A DNA stretch of 63,919 bases, filler included. It is 10 parts of 10 records of this genome, joined end to end, with 100 filler letters (N's around TTAATTAATTAA, not from the genome) between each part and the next. Parts side by side here need not be neighbours in the genome. Positions count along the whole stretch, not along the records: positions 25,826 to 33,343 come from SRR31147125_12491; positions 33,444 to 39,195 come from SRR31147125_12527; positions 39,296 to 45,632 come from SRR31147125_12528; 7 more parts are not named here. The stretch is one strand, 5' to 3'. A program made the position numbers and the translations under genes. This document shows, in pieces, positions 30,001 through 39,454 of the stretch. The notes under the pieces were generated by a model. It worked only from the letters and a program-made list of their open reading frames with translations, was not told the DNA's origin and ran no database searches. Position 1 is the stretch's first letter. Each line of letters begins with the position of its first letter.

Positions 30001-30579
30001 GCAAATTTTTGTGTCTTCACCTGAGAAACAATCATTCTCATCAGAATCGCATACATAACACATCTGGCTACCGCTACATTCACCGCAAGTAAAACACTCG
30101 TCGGAAGACTTGCCGCATTGAAAATCTCCACAGTCATTCGGCACTTTATCAACTATTTCGCAAACACCTTGATTGCATTCACTTGTCTCTGCACAAACAT
30201 CTCCGCTATCACAATCCTGATTTTCGTTTATTGCATTGCAGCCATCACAGCAGGAATTCACTTCGTTACATACACATTCGCCATCGGTTTCGGTATTTTC
30301 ACTTACATCCGCTGCTTCTGTTTCTGAATCCAAAATATCTTTTTCATTATTGTCGGATGTTTCAGAGTCCGGTTCATAATCACCATCATCAACAGAATCA
30401 TTGTCAGGGTAATCTGCATCGGTTTCCGTAGCGTCTTTTTCCGAAATGTTGTCTATTTCGTATTGCTCGGTAGTATCAGAATCTCCACCGGAGTACTGTA
30501 CCTCTGTTCCTGTGCAGGAAAACATTATCGACACTATAAAAACAGATATAAAAACAACAGTTTTTCGTAATCGTAACAT
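27013..30579 (-). CDS. Large lipoprotein: acidic linker, Cys-rich repeats, two PQQ/BamB-like beta-propellers and a C-terminal LamG-like domain
   Basis: Lipobox MFSC; many PAIxxDGTIY...LYAxxxDGxxKW blades; FTVEYW...WNHVA...IDELRFS. Confidence 0.88.
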   Translation of the reverse strand: MLRLRKTVVFISVFIVSIMFSCTGTEVQYSGGDSDTTEQYEIDNISEKDATETDADYPDNDSVDDGDYEPDSETSDNNEKDILDSETEAADVSENTETDGECVCNEVNSCCDGCNAINENQDCDSGDVCAETSECNQGVCEIVDKVPNDCGDFQCGKSSDECFTCGECSGSQMCYVCDSDENDCFSGEDTKICAPSTGGGCGDMSGLDKQSPWSMAGGCPSFQGRNSNNSPDSPSMKWAIEANGKIFGSPVVSSESVVYFGTISNKFYAVNQDGTIKWTYDVSNPILSTPAIGSDGTIYFTATDIGLVALNKNGAKKWIFYADGLFDTPVSIGHDGTIYFGAGTGYSYMYAVNPDGTLKWAQKLGSDFKHTVTIGRDKATLYAGADSGELKAMDLDGREIWRYTTSSEIQQPSIGADDTIYFTTKEEKLYAIDAEGRKIWNVKLPGTPQDQLAIGKDGTIYLSVFGTKRYLLAYRPDGMIKWRFSLNKSISSAPVVLANNTVAAGCSDGRVYVVNTDGTLKWSFYSGNPIRTAPVVDNSGVMYFGSDDNYFYALGLCNEGKDQCVNNAGNIVGLQEDAIWPMRDGNPTHQGRSTLAGPDSPTLKWVLDTESVVPGSFAVDKDGNLYFVDSGSKLYSVDPDGDIRWTFQQNTIGSRTTPAIDKEGTIYFTSGDNFIYAINPDGSKKWRYKTIDYMQSSPVIDSQGRIYASDKKLYVLNPKGELEWLADIGNKSESGVAIAPDGTVYAPAGHFNVSGTGELFAFNPIGSKKWAYPAVEGIRTFPTIAADGTIYITTGGSDLRLYAIDNTGKVKWKSETGKVDSYSSPTLDKNGNIYVGSAGSLHSFTPAGDVHWDYSISQGSIVGTPLIDSNGVVYFGTSQELHSVLAVNSNGTKKWSYQTESDDEKLWSSPVIGKDGVLYIGSHKNKVYAFQDCVANSEWCGADKYYTCNANGTGLSGSPLNCPAGCDWDMCMTKHAMLLPGQNKGGVAFSDSAGVKLKDTNFTVEYWFKGIGGSQTLVKGSWGDNDVNYVITEGISGDHVAFIFAFNYNNEKFSWRGQTPRAGFDETKWNHVAYCYDNYKNEARFYVNGTKIDMTSKPATWPQGIASFSNKNAMLTTIGLSYVIDELRFSSVPRYDANFTPEKRFEKDKSTQALYHFDEGTGTLVHDSSNTNSHGTMFNTSAWTTDTP

Positions 30580-30936
30580 AGCTTTACCCCTAATTGTGCC
30601 TCACCTTGTCGTTTGGTAATGTATAAATGCAATACAGAATATCAATAGATTATATTATTGATGCATGAAGTCAAGCAAAGATACTCAATATTGTAAAATA
30701 TACAATACATTCAAGTATTTTTCTGGTCATTATACACAAATTTCCCAATTATTTCAGATGGTTATTTCACATCATTATAAAAAATGACCATTACAAACAA
30801 CGCAGACGCGCTAACGCGGCGCGTCTATTTAACCAAGAAAATCAAACACTTACTGCTTTTTTGGGTTGCATTCAAAGCGCATTTGTATTACAGTTCAGCA
30901 GCTCTTCACGCTTTATTAATCTTAAAGGAGTGCTAG

Positions 30937-31923
30937 ATGACCGCAACATTAACATACGATTATGCTTTAAGTGAAAGTCTTAGTGAAGTTATGGAAGACC
31001 TTAAGACTTTTGTTTCAAATATACAAAAACCTGATTTGAATGATGAAAAATGGGCTGATTTCGTCAATACATATGGAATAGAATTGGCGGAAAGATTTGA
31101 TGAGATAAAAGCAACTTGTGTTGAAAAAGGTAAAGAGTATCACGAATCCATGGAAGATATTGTTGAGTACCTGAAACAATACTCTCAGGAAATCACAGAA
31201 AAGCAAAACATCAAAAAGCTTAACACAATGTACAATTCGCTAGCTAATAGCTACGAAGAACTGCTGGCAAACCTTCATGAAATGCATGAACAAGGATTGC
31301 AGGTAAAACGTACCGAGCATTTAAAACCAATCAATTATACAAGAAACCTCTTTCATATCACATGTTGCACATCTATGGCATTGGCATACGAATTTGTTTT
31401 GGGACATGATCTAGCTCTTCTTATGCTAGGAATTACGATTGCTATATTCGGTTCTCTTGAAATATCGAGAAAATTCTCAAAACGCTGGAATGATTTTCTG
31501 GTTGATAAATTGTTTGGCATGATAGCCAGACCACATGAAAGACACCATATAAATGGTTCAACTTATATGATGGCTGGATTGTTCCTGATTGTCCTTCTCT
31601 TTGGTCAGGCAGAAGTTACCGCTGCCGTTTTGGTTCTTGGCCTTGCCGATCCTCTTGCAACAATCACCGGTAAGAAATGGGGCAAAAAGAAGCTCTATAA
31701 AGAAAAAAGCTATGTTGGAGTTTCTGTTTTTATCGCTGTTGCTTTTTCGATTACTTTAGGGTTTATATTCCACAAATTCCCTGAATTTTCAACTGGTTAC
31801 AAATTCTTAGCGGCAGGAGTACTTGCTGTAGTTTCCGCTTCAGCAGAGCTTTTCAGCACCAAAATCGACGATAATTTCTCGATTCCTGTAGCATGCGCGG
31901 CAGCAGCCTGGTTGATGTTTTAG
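30937..31923 (+). CDS. CTP-dependent lipid kinase (dolichol/phytol/diacylglycerol kinase family) with an N-terminal helical extension
   Basis: RNLFH, RPHE, LGLADPLATITGKKWG, KSYVG, IDDNFSIP. Confidence 0.85.
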   Translation: MTATLTYDYALSESLSEVMEDLKTFVSNIQKPDLNDEKWADFVNTYGIELAERFDEIKATCVEKGKEYHESMEDIVEYLKQYSQEITEKQNIKKLNTMYNSLANSYEELLANLHEMHEQGLQVKRTEHLKPINYTRNLFHITCCTSMALAYEFVLGHDLALLMLGITIAIFGSLEISRKFSKRWNDFLVDKLFGMIARPHERHHINGSTYMMAGLFLIVLLFGQAEVTAAVLVLGLADPLATITGKKWGKKKLYKEKSYVGVSVFIAVAFSITLGFIFHKFPEFSTGYKFLAAGVLAVVSASAELFSTKIDDNFSIPVACAAAAWLMF

Positions 31924-33343
31924 CGACCTCGCCTGATAACGATAGACCATAATTCATTAAACTCCCGGCTTTTCATTAATTTTGTCAAGCCGGCGTATAG
32001 TAAACCACAAATAACCACCGTTAAAAGTAACCCCGGAGCTAGTTTTGTTCTGCTGATTGTATGTTCAAGACCCATGTAATGGACTATCACGAACCCTGTA
32101 GCAGCCATGATTGATGCAGCGACAAACGTTTTAGCAAACGATGACACGACGCTCTTCCAATTCAAATGCCCGAAACTATGCACCAAAAACCAAACCAAAA
32201 CGAGAGATTGCACAACAGCCGAAAGACTGTTTGCCAAAGCTATTCCACCTTGTTGCAGGGGCTTGGCTAAAATCAGGCAAAACGCGATATTGACGATGGT
32301 CGAGGCGATTGCAGCCTTAACAGGTGTAACCATATCTTTCATAGAATAAAATACAGGTACCATAATACGCCCTATTCCGATGAAAAATATCCCCATTGCA
32401 TGAAACAAAAATGCATAGGCTGTTAAATTTACGGAAGTGTCATCGAATCGACCGGTACGGAATAACAAATTTATCAAAGGAAAACGAATTATGATTAGTC
32501 CAAGAGTCGCTGGAATGGTTATATAAGCAACGAGACGCAGAGCAAACTCCAGTGTTTCCCGTAACTTATCCATCTTTTTATCACGATACAAGGTGGCAAA
32601 AGTAGGAAGAACGGCTGTTGATATTGCTATTACAAATACACCTAAAGTAAATTCTTCAAGACGTTGTGAATATTGCAAGGAAGACACAGAACCTTCGACC
32701 AAATATGTAGCAATCATTTGGGAAATGACCACATTGATTTGGTATACTCCAGCACCTAAAATGCCTGGCACCATTAACTTCAGTATCTTTTGAACCGCAG
32801 GATCTTTCCAGTTAAACTTTGGCTTCAAGCTTACACCAGCTTTTTTCACATATGGATACTGAAACAATAGCTGCAAAAACCCACCGACCAATATGCCTAG
32901 AACAAAGGAATAAACCGGAAGCTCGAATGCCTTATGCAGAAAAAGAGCAGACGAAACCACACTGATATTGAGCAAAATCGGAGTAAAGGATGAAGGCCCG
33001 AATATACGAAAACTATTCAGAATTGCTTGTAAAATTGCTGCCAATGAAATAAACAGCAGGTAAAAAAACATGTACTGAGTCAACTCAACCGTAAGAGCAA
33101 TTTTGTCAGGCTGATTGGCAAATCCTCTCGCAAATATACTTTCTACCCAAAAACCGGCAGATATAACGAATAAGATACAGATTATCGATAAAATAAAGGA
33201 AAATAGCGTAATCAGATTGCTTGCTACTTCGCTAAGCCTTTGTTTTCCGCCGTTTTTCTCTTCTTCAATAAAAATCGGTACAGCAGCAGCGGTCATTGCT
33301 CCTTCGCCTACCAAACGTCGAAAAAGGTTCGGGATCATAAAGC
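31920..33343 (-). CDS. murJ: Lipid II flippase (N-terminus cut by the contig edge)
   Basis: IPNLFRRLVGEGAMTAA, FTPILLNI, YSQRLEEFTLGVF, FYSMKDMVTPV, GGIALANS. Confidence 0.95.
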
Positions 33344-33671
33344 NNNNNNNNNNNNNNNNNNNNNNNNNNNNNNNNNNNNNNNNNNNNTTAATTAATTAAN
33401 NNNNNNNNNNNNNNNNNNNNNNNNNNNNNNNNNNNNNNNNNNNTTCTGCGGTTTACGCAGACTTTCATATAAATTTGTGTTTGATAAAACAGTATAACAA
33501 TACAAAAATCGTTATGACCGTACTCACTCCGAGTGCTCAGAAAACCGGTTGATTTTCTTTGTAAGCAGAGCTTACTTTTACCTCATGGTCAAAAACGATG
33601 TCAATACCCGATTTAAATTTGGTTTTTTGTTGACACATCGAAAATGATCGACTATTTACATACCAAAACTT

Positions 33672-33756
33672 GATGCGGGGGGCCGTTTTTCGGCTGAGAT
33701 GATTTTATTCAGACCCTTTGAACCTGACGCAGTTAGTACTGCCGTAGGGAAGCGTT
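33672..33756 (+). ncRNA. TPP (THI) riboswitch aptamer
   Basis: GGGG...GGCTGAGA...ACCCTTTGAACCTGA-CGCAGTTAGTACTGC-CGTAGGGAAG upstream of the thi operon. Confidence 0.95.
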
Positions 33757-33801
33757 CATAAAGATTCAATCCGTACTTTTTCAAGTTACGGTGATAATAC
33801 T

Positions 33802-33834
33802 AAATGCCGCCCTTCGGAGCGGCATTTTTTGTTT
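33802..33834 (+). terminator. Intrinsic terminator of the riboswitch expression platform
   Basis: AAATGCCGC-CCTTCGGA-GCGGCATTT followed by a T-run, in the leader before thiS. Confidence 0.85.
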
Positions 33835-34026
33835 GCCTGCCCGAAATTCTCTTCACCGCACCATCTTTAAGTTTTCAATTTGATTGTTTTTACTGTTTTG
33901 GGGGACGGATTTTTCATTCGAATAAGCGAAGAGTCATTTTCTCTCAGTACGATTCAAGTGTCATCGATAACGACGTAGCGAAATTCAAAAAGTCATTGAT
34001 GGCATAGGCATAAAAAGGGGTAATTC

Positions 34027-34227
34027 ATGAAAATTACAGCAAATGGGGAAGAGATCGCACTTAACGGCACCATCTCCGTTGCGGCCTTTCTCACTCAAAG
34101 GGATCTTCCGCAGGACAGCGTGGTGGTGGAGTTGAATCGGGAAATCATCGAGACCCCCGATTACGACACCACATTCCTGAAAGAGAAAGATATCCTTGAA
34201 ATTTTACGATTTGTAGGAGGTGGTTGA
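34027..34227 (+). CDS. thiS: Sulfur carrier protein
   Basis: 66 aa, [10 protein letters not shown], ends FVGGG. Confidence 0.95.
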   Translation: MKITANGEEIALNGTISVAAFLTQRDLPQDSVVVELNREIIETPDYDTTFLKEKDILEILRFVGGG

Positions 34228-34228
34228 A

Positions 34229-35080
34229 ATGAAAGATGATTTGAGAACAGGAACGCATTTTGATGCTCACTCCGGCCATTTGGAGATCGGTCAATTGGAA
34301 CGCGCCGAAGATCTTTTTGAAATCGGCGGAAAAACACTGAAGAGTCGCCTGTTCACCGGAACCGGTAAATACGCCTCAGACAGCATAATCCCCCATGTCT
34401 GCGAAAGTTCTGGCTCCGAAGTGATCACCGTCGCCCTTCGCCGGGTGGACTTCAACGCCGTCACAGACAATGTGATGCAGCACATTCCTTCCCACATGCA
34501 GTTGATGCCCAATACATCCGGGGCGAGATCGGCAGACGAGGCGGTTCGCATTGCCAGGCTGGCAAGGGCCACAGGATGCGGTAACTGGATCAAGATCGAG
34601 GTGATCACGGACAATCGGTATCTTCTGCCCAATGGCGCCGAAACCGTGAAAGCCACGGAGATGCTTGTCAGCGAGGGGTTTGACGTGTTTCCCTATATCA
34701 ATCCCGATCTCTATGTGGCCCGGGATCTGGTGAATGCCGGAGCCGCTGCCGTCATGCCTCTGGGTGCCCCCATCGGGACCAATCGGGGGCTGCGGACCGA
34801 AGAGATGATTCGGATTATTATTGAAGAGATCGCCGTTCCGGTGATTGTGGACGCCGGCATCGGGAAACCCTCCCAGGCGTGTCAGGCCATGGAAGCCGGA
34901 GCAGACGCATGTCTCGTCAATACCGCCATCGCCACCTCCGATGATCCCATCGCCATGGGAAAAGCATTTGCCGAGGCCGTCTCTGCAGGTCGGCGGGCAT
35001 TTCTAGCCGGACAACCCGGCGCGTCAGACCATGGACAGGCGTCGGCATCCTCTCCGTTGACCGGATTTTTAGACTCTTGA
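34229..35080 (+). CDS. thiG: Thiazole synthase
   Basis: [56 protein letters not shown] precedes ATG 34229. Confidence 0.97.
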   Translation: MKDDLRTGTHFDAHSGHLEIGQLERAEDLFEIGGKTLKSRLFTGTGKYASDSIIPHVCESSGSEVITVALRRVDFNAVTDNVMQHIPSHMQLMPNTSGARSADEAVRIARLARATGCGNWIKIEVITDNRYLLPNGAETVKATEMLVSEGFDVFPYINPDLYVARDLVNAGAAAVMPLGAPIGTNRGLRTEEMIRIIIEEIAVPVIVDAGIGKPSQACQAMEAGADACLVNTAIATSDDPIAMGKAFAEAVSAGRRAFLAGQPGASDHGQASASSPLTGFLDS

Positions 35081-35115
35081 GCCTTGTATTGTAAATCCTT
35101 GATTGGAGCAAAATC

Positions 35116-36274
35116 ATGCGTTTTATTGATGAATTTGAAAAATACGCTCATCGATCGGATGAGATCGTCGCGTCCGTTAACAACACGTCCAAAAGAGAGG
35201 TGCTTCGGATATTGGATCGGGTGGAGCAGAGTGTCCGGCCGGGAAATGGTCTGTTTGGAAAAAAGTTCCCATGGAATCGTTTGGGGCACTGCTCTCTCCG
35301 GAAGCGGCCGACTCATCCGTGTTGGAACGAATGGCCCGGGTCGCCCATGTGATCAAACAGCACCATTTCGGTAATGCCATGTTCCTCTTCACGCCCATGT
35401 ATCTCTCCAACTTTTGCAATAACGGATGTATTTACTGCGGATTTCATAGAAGTACCGACATTTCCAGACATAAAATGAGTCTGGATGAGGTGAGAGCCGA
35501 GGCTGAAAAAATATCGGAAACCGGTCTGAAACACATCCTTATATTGACCGGAGATGCCCCTCAAAAGGCATCTGTCGAATATATCGCAGCATGTTGCAAG
35601 GTGTTAAAGCCCTATTTCAGCTCCATCTCCATGGAGATGTTTGCCATGACTACGGAAGAGTATCGCACTTTGGTGGAGGCGGGTGTGGATGGGCTCACCA
35701 TTTACCAGGAAACATATAACGAGTCCCTCTACAAAAAACTCCATCCCATCGGTCCCAAAAAAAGTTTCATTTTCGACTGGAAGCTCCTGAGCGAGGGGCT
35801 GCGGCGGGGATGCGAAATATCAATATCGGTGCACTGCTGGGGCTGGATGCCTGGCAAAAGGATATCTTCTTTACCGCCCTTCACGCCGGATGGCTGGAGA
35901 GCCGATTTCCGGAGGTGGAGATCAGTATCTCCCTTCCCCGGATGCGGCCCCATGTCGGAAGTTATCAGCCGGCGTGCACGGTATCGGATCGGGACATGGT
36001 TCAGATGATGACGGCACTCAGAATCTTTTTGCCGCGATGCGGTATCACCGTTTCAACACGAGAGAGTCAATGCTTTAGAAATCACATTCTCCAGCTGGGT
36101 ATTACCAAAATATCCGCCGGTTCCACCACTGCGGTGGGAGGGCATACCGCATCAAAATCGGATGGGAGAACCCCTCAGTTTGAGATCTCCGACACCCGCA
36201 GTGTTGAAGAGATGACGACATTTCTGGTCCAGCAAGGGATACAGCCGGTGTACAAAGATTGGGAGCGATTTTGA
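35116..36274 (+). CDS. thiH: 2-iminoacetate synthase (radical SAM); apparent frameshifts at A-runs 35259-35264 and 35757-35763
   Basis: FTPMYLSNFCNNGCIYCGF, YQETYN, IGALLGL, SISLPRMRP, STRE, QFEISDTRS, PVYKDW spread across three frames. Confidence 0.93.
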
Positions 36275-36330
36275 TCCATTCTTCCATGATAAAAATATGC
36301 TGCGATTAACCCACTCGGCAGAGGAAATGA

Positions 36331-37029
36331 ATGATTATGGCGAGAAATTCATTTGAAAGCGGACTTCGTCGATATCTCACGGACGATTATTTGAAGAGAG
36401 CTGCCCGGTTGACCATCGGCATTGCCGGATGCGGCGGCATCGGCTCCAATTGCGTCCATCAACTCGTCCGGTGCGGCTTTCGTAATTTTATTCTGGTGGA
36501 TCACGATCATTTGGATGCGTCTAATTTAAACCGACAGTTTTACTTTTCAGATCAGGTGGGACAATCCAAATGCGAAATGCTGAAAGCCAATCTTCTGGAA
36601 ATAAACCCGGATCTTGAAATTGAAACCGTCAATAAAAAGGTGACTGAGGAAAATGTCTCTGCTCTTTTTGAAACATGCCACGTGATCATAGAGGGATTTG
36701 ACGATCCGCGCTCAAAAAAAACGATTGTTGAAAGTGTGTTGAGATCTAATGGGAAATCAACTGCTTCATGTGCTTCCGGAAAATCGGACGGGTCTGCAAT
36801 TGGATTCAGGAATGGAGAAAAACTGCTTGTCGCCATATCCGGTATTGCCGGCAGCGGTACAATGGATGCGATCGTTACAAGAAGAATCAGGGACAATTTC
36901 TATATCGTGGGGGATTTTAAATCTGAAGTCTCCGATACGCTTCACCCCTATGCTCCCGGCATCGCTGTTGCGGCTGCCAAGCAGGCGGATGTGGTTTTCA
37001 ATGCGGTATTGGAGAGTGAAAACGGATAG
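36331..37029 (+). CDS. thiF: ThiS adenylyltransferase
   Basis: GIAGCGGIGSN, DHD..DASNLNRQ, AAKQAD. Confidence 0.92.
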   Translation: MIMARNSFESGLRRYLTDDYLKRAARLTIGIAGCGGIGSNCVHQLVRCGFRNFILVDHDHLDASNLNRQFYFSDQVGQSKCEMLKANLLEINPDLEIETVNKKVTEENVSALFETCHVIIEGFDDPRSKKTIVESVLRSNGKSTASCASGKSDGSAIGFRNGEKLLVAISGIAGSGTMDAIVTRRIRDNFYIVGDFKSEVSDTLHPYAPGIAVAAAKQADVVFNAVLESENG

Positions 37030-37045
37030 AAAAAGAGGGCAAAAT

Positions 37046-37735
37046 ATGAGTGAAACGATGGAAAAGCAAAAAAAGGATAATGTAAAGAAAAGTAGGTGTT
37101 TGCCTGAAACAGGACTCTATTGCCTCACAGCGGAGGCGTTGTCTTGCAAAAGAAGCAATATCGAAGTGGTCCGGGAGATGATTGAAAGCGGTGTAACCGT
37201 TATTCAATATCGGGAAAAGGAAAAGAGCGGACTTGAGAAGTATCGAGAGTGCATGGAAATCCGGCAGATGACCCAAGCAGCCGGTATTACCTTTATCGTC
37301 AACGACGATGTGGGGCTTGCCGTGATGGTCAAAGCGGACGGCATTCATATCGGTCAGGACGATTACCCCCTTGAAGCGGTTCGAAAACTGGTGGGAGAAG
37401 ATATGATCATCGGCCGCTCCACCCACGCTCCGGAAGAGGCCGTGCGTGCAGTGGCTGAAGGCGCGGATTATATCGGAGTCGGCCCCATATACAGCACAAA
37501 GACCAAAAAAGATGTGTGCGATCCTGTGGGGCATGCGTATCTGGAATATGTGGTGGATCACATTTCCATCCCCTTTGTGGCCATTGGGGGTATCAAAGAG
37601 CATAATCTCCATGAAATCACTTCCCGGGGAGCGGGGTGCATCGCCATGGTGTCGGAGATCACCGGCGCTGATCATATTCAAGATAAAATAAAAGCCGTCA
37701 CACGGAAAATAGAAGAGACATTTGTAAGAAAATAA
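37046..37735 (+). CDS. thiE: Thiamine-phosphate synthase
   Basis: [39 protein letters not shown]; start moved from 36749 to ATG 37046. Confidence 0.95.
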   Translation: MSETMEKQKKDNVKKSRCLPETGLYCLTAEALSCKRSNIEVVREMIESGVTVIQYREKEKSGLEKYRECMEIRQMTQAAGITFIVNDDVGLAVMVKADGIHIGQDDYPLEAVRKLVGEDMIIGRSTHAPEEAVRAVAEGADYIGVGPIYSTKTKKDVCDPVGHAYLEYVVDHISIPFVAIGGIKEHNLHEITSRGAGCIAMVSEITGADHIQDKIKAVTRKIEETFVRK

Positions 37736-37848
37736 ATGCTGTAAAAGAGATCGTGTGCGGGATTACACTTGAAGCGTACACGCGTGTCAATCCCCTCCAA
37801 AAAAACAGTATCAAAAATAACGACAATGACGAGGATAAAAATATAACG

Positions 37849-39138
37849 ATGACAATATACACCACACAAATGAATGCAGCCCGAAAAGGGATCGTCACCA
37901 AAGAGATGGAAGTGGTCGCCGCAGCAGAGCAAATGGATCTTGAGCGGTTGATTGAAGCGATGGCACTGGGTAAGGTGATTATTCCGGCAAACAAAAATCA
38001 CAGCGCATTGATCCCCGGTGGGGTAGGGGAGGGACTCAAGACAAAAGTCAACGTCAATCTCGGTATTTCAAAGGATTGCTGTCATGTAGGCAAAGAGATG
38101 GAAAAAGTGAAATATGCCTTGGCGCTGAAAGCCGATGCCGTCATGGATCTGAGCTGCTACGGCAAAACCCGTGAGTTTCGACGCCAACTGGTGGAGATTT
38201 CCCCGGTCATGATCGGTACGGTACCCATGTACGATGCCGTGGGGTTTTATGATCGGGAGCTCAAAGATATCACCGTGGACGAGTTCTTCAAAGTGGTGGA
38301 GACCCACGCCGAGGACGGGGTCGATTTCATGACCATCCATGCCGGACTCAATCGGGCCACCGGCCAGAAGATCAAATCCAACGAGCGATTGACCAAAATT
38401 GTCTCCAGAGGGGGCTCATTGCTCTTCCGCTGGATGGAAGAAAATGATGCTGAAAATCCATTTTACGAGCATTACGATCGATTGCTGGATATCTGTGAAA
38501 GATACGATGTCACTTTGAGTCTCGGGGATGGATGCCGCCCCGGATCCATTCACGACGCCACGGATGCCGCTCAGGTGGAAGAGTTGATTGTACTCGGCGA
38601 GTTGACAAAAAAAGCCTGGAAACGGGATGTTCAGGTGATGATTGAAGGGCCGGGGCACATGGCGCTCAATGAGGTGGCGGGAAATATGATGCTGGAAAAA
38701 CGGCTCTGCCATGGGGCGCCCTTTTATGTGTTGGGACCGGTGGTCACCGATGTGGCTCCGGGATACGATCATATCACCAGTGCCATCGGCGGGGCACTGG
38801 CTGCATCGAGCGGAGCGGATTTTCTCTGTTACGTGACCCCTGCAGAGCATTTGAGGCTGCCGGATATGGAGGACATGAAGGAGGGAATTGTCGCCACCAG
38901 AATTGCGGCCCATGCCGGGGATATCGTTAAAGGCATCAAGGGGGCAAGAGAGTGGGACAATGAGATGAGTGAAGCCAGACAAGCCCTTGACTGGAACAAA
39001 ATGTTCTCCCTTGCCATCGATCCGGACAAACCAAAGGCCTATCGGAAGTCATCCATACCGGAGCAAGAGGATACCTGCACCATGTGCGGGAATATGTGTG
39101 CGGTGAAAAACATGAATCAGGTACTAAAGAAGGGATAA
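37849..39138 (+). CDS. thiC: Phosphomethylpyrimidine synthase
   Basis: [54 protein letters not shown]; start moved to ATG 37849. Confidence 0.97.
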   Translation: MTIYTTQMNAARKGIVTKEMEVVAAAEQMDLERLIEAMALGKVIIPANKNHSALIPGGVGEGLKTKVNVNLGISKDCCHVGKEMEKVKYALALKADAVMDLSCYGKTREFRRQLVEISPVMIGTVPMYDAVGFYDRELKDITVDEFFKVVETHAEDGVDFMTIHAGLNRATGQKIKSNERLTKIVSRGGSLLFRWMEENDAENPFYEHYDRLLDICERYDVTLSLGDGCRPGSIHDATDAAQVEELIVLGELTKKAWKRDVQVMIEGPGHMALNEVAGNMMLEKRLCHGAPFYVLGPVVTDVAPGYDHITSAIGGALAASSGADFLCYVTPAEHLRLPDMEDMKEGIVATRIAAHAGDIVKGIKGAREWDNEMSEARQALDWNKMFSLAIDPDKPKAYRKSSIPEQEDTCTMCGNMCAVKNMNQVLKKG

Positions 39139-39295
39139 AGAGACAAATAAGTACCAAAGTGAATTGAATTCCATATGTTCCCTTGAGATTGTATCNNNNN
39201 NNNNNNNNNNNNNNNNNNNNNNNNNNNNNNNNNNNNNNNTTAATTAATTAANNNNNNNNNNNNNNNNNNNNNNNNNNNNNNNNNNNNNNNNNNNN

Positions 39296-39443
39296 TTATT
39301 TGTACAATATTGAAGAAGACATTTCTGAGGAATACTATTTAAAGAAAAAAGAACCTGAACGATTTGAGAAATTGAAGAAGTAAATGTTTGAATTAGATGA
39401 AAATCTTACAAAAGAAGCACGACTGGTTGGAAAATTGAAATAA
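39296..39443 (+). CDS. 3' end of a probable sulfatase (contig edge) with an in-frame TAA at 39381
   Basis: YLYNIEEDISEEYYLKKKEPERFEKLKK*MFELDENLTKEARLVGKLK* resembles sulfatase C-termini. Confidence 0.5.
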
Positions 39444-39454
39444 CTAAATAAACT

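Noticed and set aside
30805..30827. GC-rich hairpin AGACGCGC-N7-GCGCGTCT between divergent genes
   Set aside because: Single copy, no convincing role assignable, and not positioned as a gene-end terminator.
36749..37848. Long N-terminal extensions on ThiE and ThiC in the ORF track
   Set aside because: Upstream in-frame starts that overlap thiF or lack an SD. SD-supported starts at 37046 and 37849 give normal-length proteins.
33672..39138. thi operon lacking thiD
   Set aside because: Ordinary TPP-controlled anaerobic thiamine operon; thiD is often encoded elsewhere and the contig ends shortly after thiC.
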